Source: an uncultured Solirubrobacteraceae bacterium (GTDB lineage Bacteria; Actinomycetota; Thermoleophilia; Solirubrobacterales; Solirubrobacteraceae). From it: a stretch of DNA of 64,000 nucleotides. Shown piece by piece: positions 48,838 through 58,412 of this stretch; positions within the stretch are counted from its first letter, which is position 1, and each line of letters opens with the position of its first letter. The position numbers were made by a program, and so were the translations under genes. The DNA lies in assembly GCA_964588985.1 (NCBI GenBank), contig CAZPQW010000015.1, positions 22,128-86,127 of the forward strand. The letters are read 5' to 3'. A model generated the notes under the pieces. It was not told the origin of the DNA, ran no database searches, and was given only the letters and a program-made list of their open reading frames with translations.

Positions 48838-50328
48838 TCAGCAGTGGGTGGGTTGTGTCGAGTTTGGGGCCAGGCATGTTTGCGTGTGCCGCGGGTTCCG
48901 CCCGGCGCGTAGGGTGAAGGTGTACAGCCGTCCGACCCAGCCGGCCTTGACGACTCGTACCGAGATAATCAGTCCGCCTGGAAGGTGATGGCCTTTGAAC
49001 AAGTGCGCCAGATCCACGTGGGTGGAGTGTCCACAGCCATGAGATCGGCACGACGTCCTTTGAGCCCCCGGAGTGACGCGCTTGCTTGCCAATGGGCAAC
49101 CGCGTCCCCGGCAGACGACTTCTACATAGCCTCCGGGAGGTATTCCTAGGACCTGGAGCGATTGGACCTTCGTCCACGAGCCAGTGGTCGACCACCCGAA
49201 TGTCCATTCCATGGATGCTCCCACCCGCGCTCCGACTTCCGCTGATGGCGCCGACATCGCAGTCGTGCTCCCGGTGGCGTTACTGGCGATTACGACCGCG
49301 CGCAGGCTGTGGCCCACATAGGCACTGGTCAAGGTGAGTATCGCGCCGGTGGCGCCGCTGATGTTGTTGCAGGCGTTGCCTCCCCGGTTGCAGAGCTGCC
49401 ACTCGTAGGTGTAGCTGGTCGGTCCGCCCTGCCATGCGCCCAGCGAGGCGGCCAGGTCATCGCCCACGATGGCCGTGCCGGAGATCGACGGAGGTGAGGT
49501 GTTGAGAGGATGCGTGGGGGTACCGGGCGGTGGTTCTGGTTTGTGCGGTCCTTCTACCGGAGGTTCTTCTTCCGGAATCCGGAGGATCGCCTCGCTCGCC
49601 GTCCAGGACGCCGCGCTTTCTCCGGAGGAGGCCACGGCGCCGACGCCGACAAAGACTTTTTCTTTGGCTGGTATGAACGGCAGCTTCGTCGGATCGGGCT
49701 TGAAGCTCTGGGGGTCGACGCCAAGCGCCTGCCAGAAATACTTGGTGATGCGCCCTTCCGTATTGCGCGGAAGGTTCGACACAGCGATCTCATAGCCCCA
49801 CTCGCCGTCGTCTACGGATGTCCAGGAAATCGACTCGTTATCCGCGGACAGCGTCAGGGCGGTCGGTGGTTCTAGTATGAGCCCAGTCGGGGTCACTGCC
49901 ACCTCGTTGGTCGACCATTCTTCCGGGCTCGTGTGCGGGGACGACAAAGGCCCAATGCCCACAAACACTTTGCCCTTGATCGGCGTGAAGTCCAGGGCTT
50001 TGGCGTCCGGTGTGTACGTCTGCGGGTTGGCGGCGACGGCCTGTTCGAAGTAGTCCGTTTTGCGACCTGGAGCATTGCGTGGAAGGTTCGAGACTGCGAT
50101 CCTGTATCCCCACTCCGATTGGAGCGAGGACCACTGCACTGTGTTGCCGTTCGCGGTGATTTCAAACGGAGGGAACGCCTGTGCCTTGGCAGCGCTCAGC
50201 AGGAGGGTCGCTACTGCGAGAAGCAATGCGAAGAAGCCCCTGATTTGCGCAGGGCGGACGGCATCATAAGCGCGATCGATTGATTGCGCCGAGGTGCCAT
50301 ATGATTTTGGATACCGGTCAAAGTCCAA
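48838..50328 (-). CDS. Secreted protein with a duplicated about 100-aa module and an Ig-like domain
   Basis: Signal peptide; WGY.IAVSNLPRN...KVFVG.G twice; PSISG...YEWQLC Ig-like domain; AAGGGGG RBS. Confidence 0.75.
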   Translation of the reverse strand: MDFDRYPKSYGTSAQSIDRAYDAVRPAQIRGFFALLLAVATLLLSAAKAQAFPPFEITANGNTVQWSSLQSEWGYRIAVSNLPRNAPGRKTDYFEQAVAANPQTYTPDAKALDFTPIKGKVFVGIGPLSSPHTSPEEWSTNEVAVTPTGLILEPPTALTLSADNESISWTSVDDGEWGYEIAVSNLPRNTEGRITKYFWQALGVDPQSFKPDPTKLPFIPAKEKVFVGVGAVASSGESAASWTASEAILRIPEEEPPVEGPHKPEPPPGTPTHPLNTSPPSISGTAIVGDDLAASLGAWQGGPTSYTYEWQLCNRGGNACNNISGATGAILTLTSAYVGHSLRAVVIASNATGSTTAMSAPSAEVGARVGASMEWTFGWSTTGSWTKVQSLQVLGIPPGGYVEVVCRGRGCPLASKRVTPGAQRTSCRSHGCGHSTHVDLAHLFKGHHLPGGLIISVRVVKAGWVGRLYTFTLRAGRNPRHTQTCLAPNSTQPTHC

Positions 50329-50480
50329 GAGTCCCCCTTGCTACTGAGCGCGCGTAGTCTACTCATTGATCAGCAAACGTCAACATCACGAATTTGCGCG
50401 GGCGTGACGAGAGCGCTAGGACCGCCGATGTCCGGTGGGTGATCTTGCCTGAGCGTCTCCAAATCGAGTCCAGAGCACCG

Positions 50481-50531
50481 CGCCCATCGGCGTCATGATC
50501 TCAGGCTGGGTAGTCTCGTGACGGTGATCCA
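50481..50531 (+). repeat. 51-bp direct repeat, right copy
   Basis: Identical to 43785-43835. Confidence 0.97.
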
Positions 50532-51531
50532 AGGCGATGAGGCCCGCACCGCGCGGCTGCTGTTCGACAGGGAGCTGACCGCCGGTACCCTCGCGCCGGG
50601 AGCTTTGAGCACGCGAGCCGTACGAGGCGCGACGCGCGTGCGCCCCGTTCCGCCGCGTGCGCTGCGCGTGGCCGGGCAGGTGCGCTACAAGCTCGGCAGG
50701 CTGGACTTCGAGTCGGCGGTGATGGAGCCGCTGATGGCCGCGCGCCGAGCCGCGCTCGGACACGAGGCCGCGGGAGCGCCGCCGCGGTTCCTCGTGCGGG
50801 TCGACGAGTTCCCGCACTTCCAGGCGTGGGACGACCCCGGGCGGTTCGGCACCGAGCGCTACGAGCGCTTCCACGAGTCGATGTTCGCCGCCGGCCTGCC
50901 ATATCTGGTCGCGGTGCTCCCGCGCGTGAGTCGCGAGCCACTCGTGCCGGCGGGCAGGGAGTCGCGGCCGCTCGACGACGGCGAGCTCGAGATGCTGCGC
51001 CGTATCCCCTCCGAGGGGGTGTCCTTCGGGTTGCACGGGCTCGATCACCGCACGCGCTTCGAGTCCCCGCACCACCACTCCGAGCTGTGCGGGCTCGGCG
51101 CGGCCGAGACCGAGGAGCTGCTCGACCGCGCGCTCGGGGAGCTCGCTCCGCACGGGATCAGGCCGGACGTGTTCGTGCCCCCATACAACCGCTTCGACGC
51201 GGGCCAGTTCGAGGCCCTGGCACGCCGCTTCCAGGTCGTGTGCGGCGGGCCGGAGTCGATCGGCACGATGGGCTTCCACAGCACGCCGCAGTGGCGCGGG
51301 GAGACGGTGTACCTGCCGTCCTACCTGCCGGTGTATGGGAGGGCGGCCGAGGTGCTGCCCGCGGCGAAGCGCGCGATCGAGCTGGAGGCGGGTATATGGA
51401 TTCCGATCGTGCTGCACTGGGGCTGGGAGATGGGCGACGAGTGGGAGGCGCTGAGGCGCCTGGCGGAGCTGATCGCTCCGTACGCCGCGACGTGGGAGGA
51501 CTTCCAGCAGGCGATCGAGCGCAGCCGATGA
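50518..51531 (+). CDS. Polysaccharide deacetylase-like protein (DUF2334/NodB fold)
   Basis: RVDEF, LHGLDH, FVPPYN, VLHW; start may be GTG 50524 (7 nt after TAGTCT). Confidence 0.8.
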   Translation: MTVIQGDEARTARLLFDRELTAGTLAPGALSTRAVRGATRVRPVPPRALRVAGQVRYKLGRLDFESAVMEPLMAARRAALGHEAAGAPPRFLVRVDEFPHFQAWDDPGRFGTERYERFHESMFAAGLPYLVAVLPRVSREPLVPAGRESRPLDDGELEMLRRIPSEGVSFGLHGLDHRTRFESPHHHSELCGLGAAETEELLDRALGELAPHGIRPDVFVPPYNRFDAGQFEALARRFQVVCGGPESIGTMGFHSTPQWRGETVYLPSYLPVYGRAAEVLPAAKRAIELEAGIWIPIVLHWGWEMGDEWEALRRLAELIAPYAATWEDFQQAIERSR

Positions 51532-52667
51532 GCGACGTGTCGCCGCGGGCACTGCGCGAGCGCTTCCCGCGGGTGGCGATCGCGCACGACTGGCTGACCG
51601 TCCCCGGCGGCTCCGAGCAGGTGGTGCTGGAGCTGCTGGAGATGTTCCCCGCTGCGGAGCTGTTCACGTCCGTGTACGACCCCGCGCCTTGGCCGGCGCA
51701 GATCACGGGGCGCAAGGTCCACAGCTCGTTCCTCTCGAGGATCCCGGGCGCGTCACGCCACTACCCCAAGCTGCTGCCGCTGATGAGCCGCGCGTTTCGC
51801 TCGTTCGACCTGTCGAGCTTCGACCTGGTGATCTCCAGCAGCCACGCGTGCGCGAAGAACGTGCGCACCCCGTCGCACGTGCTACACGTCTGCTACTGCC
51901 ACACGCCGATGCGCTACGCGTGGGAGGAGGACTTCCTCGACGGCGAGGAGGTGGGGCGCGGCGTGCGCCTGCTGCTGCCGCCGCTGCTCGCGCGGCTGCG
52001 TCGCGAAGACCTCGCCGGCGCCGCGGGGCCGGACGTGTTCGTGGCCAACTCCCAGTATGTGGCGGCGCGCATCGAGCGCTTCTACGGACGCACGGCGACG
52101 GTCGTCAACCCGCCGGTCGACGTCGAGCACTTCCTCACGCTGAAGCGCGACCCGGGCGACTACTTCATGACGTTCGGGCGGGTCGTTCCGTACAAGCGGG
52201 TCGATCTCGCGGTGCTCGCGTGCGAGCGGCTCGGCCGGCCGCTGAAGGTCGCTGGGGACGGACGGGCGCTCGACGCGGTGCGGGCGCAAGCGACGGGTGA
52301 CGGGGTGGAGTTCCTCGGCAAGGTGGACCAAGCCGAGCGCGACCGGCTGCTGTGCGGAGCGCGTGCGCTGCTGTTCCCCGGTGAGGAGGACTTCGGGATC
52401 GTGCCGGTGGAGGCGCAGGCGGCGGGCGTGCCGGTGATCGCCTACGGTGTGGGCGGGGCGGTGGAGACGGTGCGCGACGGCGAGACGGGGGTGCTGTTCG
52501 ACGAGCGAAGCGCGGCCTCGCTGGCGACGGCGATCGAGCGTTTCGAGAGCCTCGCGCTCGACGAGGATCAGATCCGCGAGAACGCCGCGCGCTTCGGCCG
52601 CGAACGGTTCCGCTCGGAGATGGCAGCGGTGATCGAAAGGGCCTCGGAGGAGCACGGGCGGCGGTAG
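51528..52667 (+). CDS. Glycosyltransferase family 4 (mannosyltransferase-like)
   Basis: HDWL...GGSE, YCHTPMRYAW, EEDFGIVPVEAQA. Confidence 0.93.
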   Translation: MSDVSPRALRERFPRVAIAHDWLTVPGGSEQVVLELLEMFPAAELFTSVYDPAPWPAQITGRKVHSSFLSRIPGASRHYPKLLPLMSRAFRSFDLSSFDLVISSSHACAKNVRTPSHVLHVCYCHTPMRYAWEEDFLDGEEVGRGVRLLLPPLLARLRREDLAGAAGPDVFVANSQYVAARIERFYGRTATVVNPPVDVEHFLTLKRDPGDYFMTFGRVVPYKRVDLAVLACERLGRPLKVAGDGRALDAVRAQATGDGVEFLGKVDQAERDRLLCGARALLFPGEEDFGIVPVEAQAAGVPVIAYGVGGAVETVRDGETGVLFDERSAASLATAIERFESLALDEDQIRENAARFGRERFRSEMAAVIERASEEHGRR

Positions 52668-52677
52668 TGTTGTCGGG

Positions 52678-53319
52678 GTGAATGAGATCCTCCCCGGGGT
52701 GTTCCACTGGACGGCGCCTCATCCGAGGATCCGCGTCGAGGTGTCCTCGTACTGGCTCGAGGAGACCGGCGTGCTGCTCGACCCGCTGGTGCCGCCGGGC
52801 GACGGGCTCGAGTGGTTCGCCGGTCGGACCGTCGCGCCGACGGCGGTGCTGCTGACCAACCGCCACCACTACCGAGAGTCGGCTCGCTTTGTGGAGCGCT
52901 TCGGCTGCTCGGTCCACTGCAACCGCGCCGGTCTGCACGAGTTCTCCCACGGCGAGGTGGTCGAGGGGTTCGACATCGGCGACGTCCTGGCCGGTGGCGC
53001 GATCGCATGCGAGCTGGGCGCGATCTGCCCCGACGACACGGCTTTGTTCCTGCCCGCCCAGCGCGCGCTGGCGATCGCTGACGGCGTGGTGAAGGGCGGA
53101 CCGCATGGGCAGGACGGCCCGCTCGGATTCGTGCCGGACTCGCTGATGGACGATCCGCCCGCCACCAAGCGCGGGCTGCTGGCGGCGTGCGAGCGCCTGC
53201 TCGACGAGCTGGACTTCGCGCACCTGCTGCTCGCGCACGGCGGCCCCGTGATCGGCGATGGCCGCGAGTGCCTGCGGGAGCTCGTGGACTGCGGCGGGCG
53301 CACCGCGTTCGAGATGTAG
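52678..53319 (+). CDS. Metallo-beta-lactamase-fold protein
   Basis: LLDP, LTNRHH.R, AHG motifs; TAGTGT 7 nt before GTG. Confidence 0.7.
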   Translation: MNEILPGVFHWTAPHPRIRVEVSSYWLEETGVLLDPLVPPGDGLEWFAGRTVAPTAVLLTNRHHYRESARFVERFGCSVHCNRAGLHEFSHGEVVEGFDIGDVLAGGAIACELGAICPDDTALFLPAQRALAIADGVVKGGPHGQDGPLGFVPDSLMDDPPATKRGLLAACERLLDELDFAHLLLAHGGPVIGDGRECLRELVDCGGRTAFEM

Positions 53320-53329
53320 CGGCGTCTTC

Positions 53330-54253
53330 ATGCGTGTACTGGTCACCGGAGCGAGCGGCTTCATCGGCGGGGCGCTCTGCGAGCAGCTCCTCGAGCGCGG
53401 CCACGACGTCGCCGCGCTCGTGCGCCGCGAGGGATCCGAGCCGCCCGGGACGCGCGCGCTCTCGGGCGACCTCTCCGATGGAGAGCGCCTGACGGCGATC
53501 GTGGGCGCCGAGCGCCTCGACTGCGTGGTCCATCTGGCCGCGGAGATCGCCTCCCAGCGCAGCGAGCGCAAGGTGCGCGAGGTCAATGTGGGCGGCACCG
53601 AGCGGCTCCTGCGGGCGTGTGTCGCCGCGTCGCAGGGAGACCCCGAGGGCGGGCCGCGAGTGGTGTTCTCCTCGACGGTTGTCACCGGCGACGCGCACGG
53701 TGCACTGCTGAGCGAGGACGAGCCTCTGCCGGTGCAGACGCCGTATGGGCGATCGAAGCAGGAGGGCGAGCGGCTGGTGCTCGGCTCGGGCCTGCCCGCG
53801 GTCGTGGTGCGTCCCTCGCACGTGTACGGACCGGGCGGCTGGTATGCGAGCGAGCTGATCCCGCGCCTGCGCCAGCCCGGCCGCTTCGCGGTGATCGGCA
53901 GCGGCGAGAACCTGTGGGACGTGGTGCACGTGGACGACGTCGTGTCGGCGTTGACCCTGGCGGTGGAGGGAGCGCCGGCGGGCGCTGTCTACCACGTGGC
54001 GGACGACGAGCCGATCGCGTTCTACGACTTCATGGCGCTGACCGCGGAGGCGCTCGGCGTGGGTCCGCCGCGGCGCATCCCCGCGGCGCTTGCGCGCATC
54101 GTGGCGGGCTCGAACGCGGTCGACGCGGTGGTGCGCTCGGCCCGCTCGTCCAACGCGAAGATCAGGCGCGAGCTGGACTGGCAGCCGCGCTTCCCCACCG
54201 CGCGAGAGGGTGTGGCCGACGCGGTTGCGCGCCTAACGGCGCTCAGCGGCTGA
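53330..54253 (+). CDS. NAD-dependent epimerase/dehydratase
   Basis: TGASGFIG, HLAA, YGRSK. Confidence 0.9.
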   Translation: MRVLVTGASGFIGGALCEQLLERGHDVAALVRREGSEPPGTRALSGDLSDGERLTAIVGAERLDCVVHLAAEIASQRSERKVREVNVGGTERLLRACVAASQGDPEGGPRVVFSSTVVTGDAHGALLSEDEPLPVQTPYGRSKQEGERLVLGSGLPAVVVRPSHVYGPGGWYASELIPRLRQPGRFAVIGSGENLWDVVHVDDVVSALTLAVEGAPAGAVYHVADDEPIAFYDFMALTAEALGVGPPRRIPAALARIVAGSNAVDAVVRSARSSNAKIRRELDWQPRFPTAREGVADAVARLTALSG

Positions 54254-56609
54254 GCGTGAACAGGCCGTAGATAGTGCGGCCGGCTGCGCCCGACGAGCCG
54301 ATCGGCGTCGCCGCGAGGCGATAGTGGCCGGCGGGCAGGTGGGCTATGTCGAGCGTGGTCGCGTTCGCGGCGGCGCGTCCCGGAAGCTGGAGCTTGACCG
54401 GCGTGGCGAGGTGGTGGATGCACGTGCGCGCGCCGAGCTTGCAGCGGTGGCTGATCACGCGCCGGTAGATCCGCAGCTCGACCGTGCCGGTGGCCGAGAG
54501 CACGTATGTGACACGAAGCGCGCGCCGGCGTTTGGACGTGGAGGAGGCGACGTGCAGGCGCGTGAGGCTCGGCGGCGGCTCGACCGTTGCGATCGTGCCG
54601 AGGATCGGCGTGGTGAGGGTCGCGGTCGTGGTGCCCCCGCCCGCCGGTGGTTCGGGTTCGGGTTCGGGTTCGGGTGGAGCGGTGGCGATTGCGGACAACG
54701 CGATTGTGGTTTCTCCGGCCTGCGTGGTGAGCGCGAGCGAGTCGGTGAAGTCGCCCGGCTGGGAGGAGTGAAACGCGACGCGCACCGTGATCGTCTGTCC
54801 CGGTTCGATCGTGCTCCCCGGCGCCGGCAGTCCGCTCGCTTCGAACGGCTGAGCGGGCGTGCTCACCGCGCTCACGTTCAGTTTCGTGGCGCTGGCGTTG
54901 GTGAGCGTGACTTCGCCGGTCAGATCGGCCCCAGCCGGCGCTTCGCCGAGGTCGAGCGACGATGTCGAGGGTGTGAGCCCCCGCTCGGCGAAGCCGATGA
55001 TCTTGCCTTCCCAGTTGCCCACGTAGATGTGCCCGTTGGCGGCGTCCGGGTGCGAGAACTTGTTCGCGATGCCGATCGGCGCGTGCCACAGGATCTGCAG
55101 CGATTCGGGCCCCGCAGGCACCGGGTTGTAGGCGACCAGTTCCCCTTCGTTGCATTTCGAGGGCGGGCAACGGGTGATCCACAGGACGCCGCTGCCGTTG
55201 GTGGTGCCGTTGGAGGTGACGATCGGCGAGCCCGACCCGAACCCGAACAGTTCGGGGCTGGTGGCGGCGAGCGAAAGGGTCGGTTCGCTGGTTTCTTCGT
55301 CGACGCCGTACTTGAAGAAGCGCAGCCTGCCGCTGCTGCCGCTGTCGACGCCGCCCGGCGAGACGGACGGGATGTACACGTAGCCGCCGTCGCCCGGCCA
55401 TGCGGCCGAGGCGTCCCACACGCCGCCGTAGGGCCCGAGCTTCTGGACGATGCCGTCGCTTTCTCCCGGGCCCTGACCCATGCCGCCGAGGTTGGTGCGG
55501 TCGAGCAGGTAGACGTAGCCCTCCTTGCCGTCCTGGACGAGCAGTTCGGGCACGCTCGTCCCCGCGCCGAACTGGGACGGGAGCGCGATCGGCGCGGAGG
55601 AGCTCAGGTCGAGGTCGTGTTCGTCGAGCAGGACGTTGTCCGACGGGGAGAAGAAGTCGGTCGCGAGCAGGTTGCCTTCGGGCTGCACCGCCACGCGCAC
55701 CACCGACTCGCCTAGACGGCCTTCGGGCGGTTCGTGGCCCTTCCCGACGGGCGGGTCGCCGTTGCCCTGTCCGCCTTCGCCGTCTTCGTTGCCGGTGGCG
55801 AAGAGGATCTGCCCCGATCCGTCGGAGACCAGGCCGCCGCCCGCCTGCCAGATCGAGCCGCCATACGCCGACGCGGCCCACAGGGTCTTCAGTTCCCCAG
55901 ACGTCGTCACACCGGCCACCCACCCCTGGTAGGGGGTTTTGTCGCAGTGGCTGCCGAACGCGGCGTAGACGACGCCGTTCATCAGCAGGAGGGCGGGCCG
56001 CTGCAGCTCCTTGGGCGCCTGGAACGGCACGTTGCCGGGGAGGTTCTGAGCATTTCCGGCGATCAGTACGGGAAAGCCGGAGGCCTCTTTCCCGCTGCTC
56101 AGTTCCACCGCGTGCATGTACCAGACGCTCGCTTCGGAGCTCCCGGGCGTGACGTATCTGGTTGAGACGAAGTACGCGATGTTCGATTCGGTGTCGATCA
56201 CGGGCGTGCCGGTGATGCCGACGTGCGGTTCGAGATCGCTGCAGGAGATGTCCGCGTCACTCGAGTTGACAGGCGTGCCGACGTTGAGTTCCCACCTCGT
56301 GGCGCCGGTGTACGGGTCGAGGCCGTAGACGCGATCGTCCTCGGTCGCCACGAGCAGCGTCCCGTCAGCTGTCAACGGCTGGGCGTAGATCTGGCCTTTG
56401 AGCGAGCGGCTGAAGACCTGTCCGAAAGAGCCGCCGCCGAGCAGTTCGTGCGTGAGCGTCGGCTCGTCGGGATACCAGGCTGTTCGCAGATCGTCGGCCG
56501 CGCCAGTCACCTCGCCGAACGCAGAGCTGGCCGTCAGGAGCGCGAGCATCGCCGCCGCGAGGGCGCTCGCGCCCCATCGCCCGACGCACGCTGAACGGGC
56601 ACCGCTCAT
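54243..56609 (-). CDS. Secreted PQQ-like beta-propeller protein with Ig-like (ASH/choice-of-anchor D) domain
   Basis: Signal peptide; GQIYAQPL, GITGTPVID, QRPALLL, GKEGYVYLLD; PEPEPEP linker; start ATG 56609 overlaps the lhgO stop. Confidence 0.8.
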   Translation of the reverse strand: MSGARSACVGRWGASALAAAMLALLTASSAFGEVTGAADDLRTAWYPDEPTLTHELLGGGSFGQVFSRSLKGQIYAQPLTADGTLLVATEDDRVYGLDPYTGATRWELNVGTPVNSSDADISCSDLEPHVGITGTPVIDTESNIAYFVSTRYVTPGSSEASVWYMHAVELSSGKEASGFPVLIAGNAQNLPGNVPFQAPKELQRPALLLMNGVVYAAFGSHCDKTPYQGWVAGVTTSGELKTLWAASAYGGSIWQAGGGLVSDGSGQILFATGNEDGEGGQGNGDPPVGKGHEPPEGRLGESVVRVAVQPEGNLLATDFFSPSDNVLLDEHDLDLSSSAPIALPSQFGAGTSVPELLVQDGKEGYVYLLDRTNLGGMGQGPGESDGIVQKLGPYGGVWDASAAWPGDGGYVYIPSVSPGGVDSGSSGRLRFFKYGVDEETSEPTLSLAATSPELFGFGSGSPIVTSNGTTNGSGVLWITRCPPSKCNEGELVAYNPVPAGPESLQILWHAPIGIANKFSHPDAANGHIYVGNWEGKIIGFAERGLTPSTSSLDLGEAPAGADLTGEVTLTNASATKLNVSAVSTPAQPFEASGLPAPGSTIEPGQTITVRVAFHSSQPGDFTDSLALTTQAGETTIALSAIATAPPEPEPEPEPPAGGGTTTATLTTPILGTIATVEPPPSLTRLHVASSTSKRRRALRVTYVLSATGTVELRIYRRVISHRCKLGARTCIHHLATPVKLQLPGRAAANATTLDIAHLPAGHYRLAATPIGSSGAAGRTIYGLFTLSR

Positions 56610-57892
56610 GTGCTCTCCAGGTCGAACGCGCGCGCGGCCTCGTCGGCGACGTGACGGGCGATCGCGAGCGAGGAGGTGGCGGCGGGGGAGGGGGCGTTGC
56701 GCACGTGGAGCGCGCGCTCGGTCCTCGAGAAGACGAAGTCGTCGACCAGCCGGCCGTCGCGGGCGAGCGCCTGTGCGCGCACACCGGCGAACGAGCTCTC
56801 GACGTCGTCGCTGCGCAACTCGGGCACATAGCGGGCGGCGGCGTCGACGAACGCGGAGCGCAGCGCGGCGTGGCGCAGCTCGGTCACGCCGGTCCTCCAC
56901 CAGTTCGCGAGCATCCGCCACGTGCCGGGCCACGCGAGCGTGTCGCGCAGGTCTCGCGGCCGGATCTTCGCGAGGCTGTAGGCGTCGCGGGCTCCGGCCA
57001 TCAGGGCCGTCGGCCCGATCAGCACCTCGCCGCTGATGTGCTTGGTGAGGTGGACGCCGAGGAACGGCAGCGAGGGGTCGGGCACGGGGTAGATGAGCGA
57101 GCGCACGAGGTTGCGCCGCGCGGGCACGAGGCGTAGGTAGGCGCCGCGGAACGGCACGATCCGCGGATCGGGGTCGGCCCCGGCGGCGACCGCGAGGCGA
57201 TCGGCCCACGCGCCCGCGCAGAAGATCGCGTTGCCAGTCTCGGTGGTCCCCTGCGAGTGCGTCAGGCGCAGCGATCTGCCGGCGGCGCTCACGTCTTCGA
57301 CCTCGCAGCTTGTGGTGACGGTGCCTCCCGCGTCGCGCACGTCCTGGGCATACGCGCGCGCCACGGCGGGGAAATCCACGATCCCGGTGCCCGGCGAGTG
57401 CAGCCCCGCGATGCCGCGCGCGTGGGGCTCCAGCTCCTGGATGCCATCCGCGTCGATGCGCCGCAGCCCGGGTACGCCGTTGGCGTTCCCTCTGCGTTCG
57501 AGCTCGTCCAGCCGCGCGAGCTCGGCGCTGTCGGTCGCGACGATCACCTTCCCGCACCGCTCGTTGGCGATGCTGTGCGCGTCGCAGTACTCGTACATCT
57601 CGCACGCGCCCTCGACGCACAGACGCGCCTTCAGCGAACCGGGTACGTAGTACACGCCCGCGTGGATCACGCCCGAGTTGTGGCCGGTCTGGTGGGTGCC
57701 GATGTCGTGCTCGCGCTCGAGCACGCACACGGTCGCGTGCGGATGGCGCCGCAGGAGCTCACGTGCGACCGCCAGGCCGACGATGCCGCCGCCGACGACC
57801 GTGAGGTCGGCGCGCTCGGGGGCTGGCGTGGGGGAGATAGAGGCGGGAGGCGCGATGAACGCAACTCTAGTCCCGCCGTCCGTGGGGCTCAT
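56606..57892 (-). CDS. lhgO: L-2-hydroxyglutarate oxidase
   Basis: GGGIVG, HQTGHNSGVIHAGVYY.PGSLKA, PFLGVH, NAPSPAATSSL. Confidence 0.92.
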   Translation of the reverse strand: MSPTDGGTRVAFIAPPASISPTPAPERADLTVVGGGIVGLAVARELLRRHPHATVCVLEREHDIGTHQTGHNSGVIHAGVYYVPGSLKARLCVEGACEMYEYCDAHSIANERCGKVIVATDSAELARLDELERRGNANGVPGLRRIDADGIQELEPHARGIAGLHSPGTGIVDFPAVARAYAQDVRDAGGTVTTSCEVEDVSAAGRSLRLTHSQGTTETGNAIFCAGAWADRLAVAAGADPDPRIVPFRGAYLRLVPARRNLVRSLIYPVPDPSLPFLGVHLTKHISGEVLIGPTALMAGARDAYSLAKIRPRDLRDTLAWPGTWRMLANWWRTGVTELRHAALRSAFVDAAARYVPELRSDDVESSFAGVRAQALARDGRLVDDFVFSRTERALHVRNAPSPAATSSLAIARHVADEAARAFDLEST

Positions 57893-58016
57893 CCGCCGCG
57901 GACAAGATGCCTCCGGGCAAGAGGCCTCTATATCTAAAGAGGTGCACAAAGATCTGTCGACCTTGAAGCGGCATCTCCGCGTATGCAAGAACGACGGGCG
58001 GTCTGCTCATCCTCGG

Positions 58017-58412
58017 GTGCGCCGCGGCGCGGCGTCGCTCGCCGATCTCAGCCAGACGATTGCGGAGGATCTCGAGCAGGGTCGGGAAGCCGATGCGTTG
58101 CGATTGCTTTTCGGATTCGCCGACGACTTCAGGGGATCGTCGCGCTCTGGTCAGATGTTGCTTCTACGAGACGAGCCTCTGAGTACAGGCGACGCACGTT
58201 TCGATGCAGCGCTGGCCGGCGTCGCCGAGCTGTTCGCGGCCGAGGGCGGTCTCGCGGCGCCAGCGTGGGTGAACGGAGCCGATCGCTTCGTCGAGCCCTG
58301 GTGGTTTGTCGCGAGCAGGCCTGCGTTCCACGCGTACACGCTCGCGCATACGCCAGCGGTGCTTGCGCGTCATGGGGTGTTCATGGCGCGTGAGGTGTTC
58401 GATCGTGTCTGA
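58017..58412 (+). CDS. Antitoxin-like protein (C-terminal domain only; no N-terminal HTH seen)
   Basis: EP..TGD.RFDAALAG.AE, P.W, TP..LARHGVF pattern recalled from partners of DUF6036-like nucleotidyltransferases; start uncertain. Confidence 0.55.
   Translation: MRRGAASLADLSQTIAEDLEQGREADALRLLFGFADDFRGSSRSGQMLLLRDEPLSTGDARFDAALAGVAELFAAEGGLAAPAWVNGADRFVEPWWFVASRPAFHAYTLAHTPAVLARHGVFMAREVFDRV

Larger units (their letters stand above)
43785..50531. mobile_element. Inserted island (about 6.6 kb cargo) bounded by 51-bp direct repeats, no integrase
   Basis: Exact direct repeats, visibly lower GC, non-polysaccharide genes interrupting the locus. Confidence 0.8.

Noticed and set aside
54651-54675. 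(TTCGGG)n tandem repeat
   Set aside because: Encodes a Pro-Glu linker within a CDS
54243-57728. 1161-aa ORF as a single protein
   Set aside because: The upstream part overlaps lhgO in another frame; the real start is ATG 56609 with a signal peptide
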